64,000 bases of DNA from Takakia lepidozioides (taxonomy: Eukaryota; Plantae; Bryophyta). The notes below the pieces were generated by a model. It was not told where the DNA came from. It searched no databases and worked only from the letters and a program-made list of their open reading frames with translations. The position numbers and the translations under genes were made by a program. The stretch covers positions 16,802,001-16,866,000 of the forward strand of contig CM060731.1 in the NCBI GenBank assembly GCA_030704615.1, given 5' to 3'. Positions 62,701 through 64,000 of the stretch are shown here, in pieces (position 1 is the stretch's first letter; each line of letters begins with the position of its first letter).

Positions 62701-64000
62701 TACCTCTTTTTTTAAGCGCTATAACTGCTTCCACAACAATAGGACCCTCTCTAAACAGAGGACTCGGGTATGGGGCCTGCATCTTCCTCCACTACACCCC
62801 TGGGCTCACGCTTAGAGGGCAAAGCGTGAGCCGAGCTCCTGGGCTCACGCCGTAGCTGCACTCTAGACACCACTAGATTGTCAATTCATATATCATACAC
62901 ACATCATGCATGAGACTCGCCTTTGGGAATGGAGTGCTACTGCATCTGGACTTCAACCTGGCTCTGGCTCACGGTTGACTGCAACATTCTAGGGAATCTG
63001 GAAGTTAGAGGCACTGAGCCTAGATCTTGGAAAGTCCATCCATCATTGCTTCTACATTGCGGCGACTCTGTATTAAGTGCCATAAGCAGACACATTATTT
63101 TTTGTCCCTGGTGTAGTGACAGGTTTATTTGTCTTGGTGCATGCTAGCGTAAGGCCCACCACACACATGAAAGTTGAAAGTCTGGATGGCTTCTTATATG
63201 TGACTGTTTGTGCATGATGTATCAGTTGGGGTAGGGAATAATTTTGTTCTTTTTTTTTGGGGGGGGGGGGCGGTGATGCTTGGCTCTTTGGAGGGGAAGA
63301 ATATGTCTGCACCTTCGGGCAGAGCAGACCCTCCCACCCCCTCAGTCTTGGACAATTTTTGCTAGATTGTGTTGCGGGAACACAAGGTGGGCAGATAGTT
63401 GATGATAGTTAGGAGCTTGCATCGGGTAGGAGGAGAGAAGCGGAGGACATGCTGTGTGAGAACCGAGTTTGAGGGACTCTAGCACAGAAAATGTGGGGGA
63501 AGATATGAACTGGCCTAAAAATTCCCAGTGGAGTCATTGCCAACTCCGGCAACCAACAGCTTGAGTTGGTAGTGATCAAAAATTTCACTGAAAGCTATAT
63601 TTTAGGTGAAATTCTTTGCATTTGCTTTAGGTGTTTTTTACCGGTGGCTTTGGGTGCTTCCGTGCTATACATTAAAGTTATCCGTTAAGTGACCATCCCT
63701 TCCGCCCCCTGATACATCCCCACTATATCTCTCCTGGGCACTTTGCGTATCCGGGAAGTCTTGCAGATAGAGTACCAAAAGCAAAACTAGGGACGACAGC
63801 AGTGGGGCCCACACAAAAGGTGCGCACATATTCTCAGGAAGTCAACGTGGGCCCCGCCCCAGCCTCCTACCCGCTTCATTCCACGTCGCACCACGTACCT
63901 CGAGAGGAAAGCCAAAAAGCAAATGTAGGATGAAACTCGTTTTGCTCTTATTTTGATGTTATTTTGAGTTTGGTCATGTGTTTTTTTTCTTGTATTTTAA

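Overview
Intron-rich land-plant nuclear DNA, probably a non-seed plant; the taxon cannot be fixed from sequence alone. Host genes are the 3' end of a fimbrin (46-1980, +) and a complete 12-coding-exon Mei2-like RRM gene (33504-47701, +). Most of the rest is mobile or decayed DNA. The most unusual part is a spliced, now pseudogenised minus-strand cassette at about 6.8-19.9 kb. In order it encodes an RNA Pol II CTD-like (YSP/SP-rich) ORF, a ParB/Srx-like domain fused to a catalytically degenerate beta-class N4C/N6A DNA methyltransferase fold, and two tandem FCP1/SCP-like HAD phosphatase domains. A third FCP1-like gene lies at 27.7 kb. Six copies of a 24-bp palindrome (AACCTCCACT-N4-AGTGGAGGTT) are scattered through the cassette. 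It is interrupted by a Pack-type CACTA element (8251-11999, TSD CAT, PPR cargo) and by an RLE-type non-LTR retrotransposon 3' end (13684-14748, TSD GTTACC). Also present: hAT and TA-flanked MITEs, tRNA-derived SINEs, a 5S fragment, LINE remnants, Ty3/gypsy-like LTR/gag remnants, two SWIM-finger ORFs, captured TBL and PsaF pseudogene fragments, and several tandem arrays. All family assignments are by eye from motifs; no searches were run.
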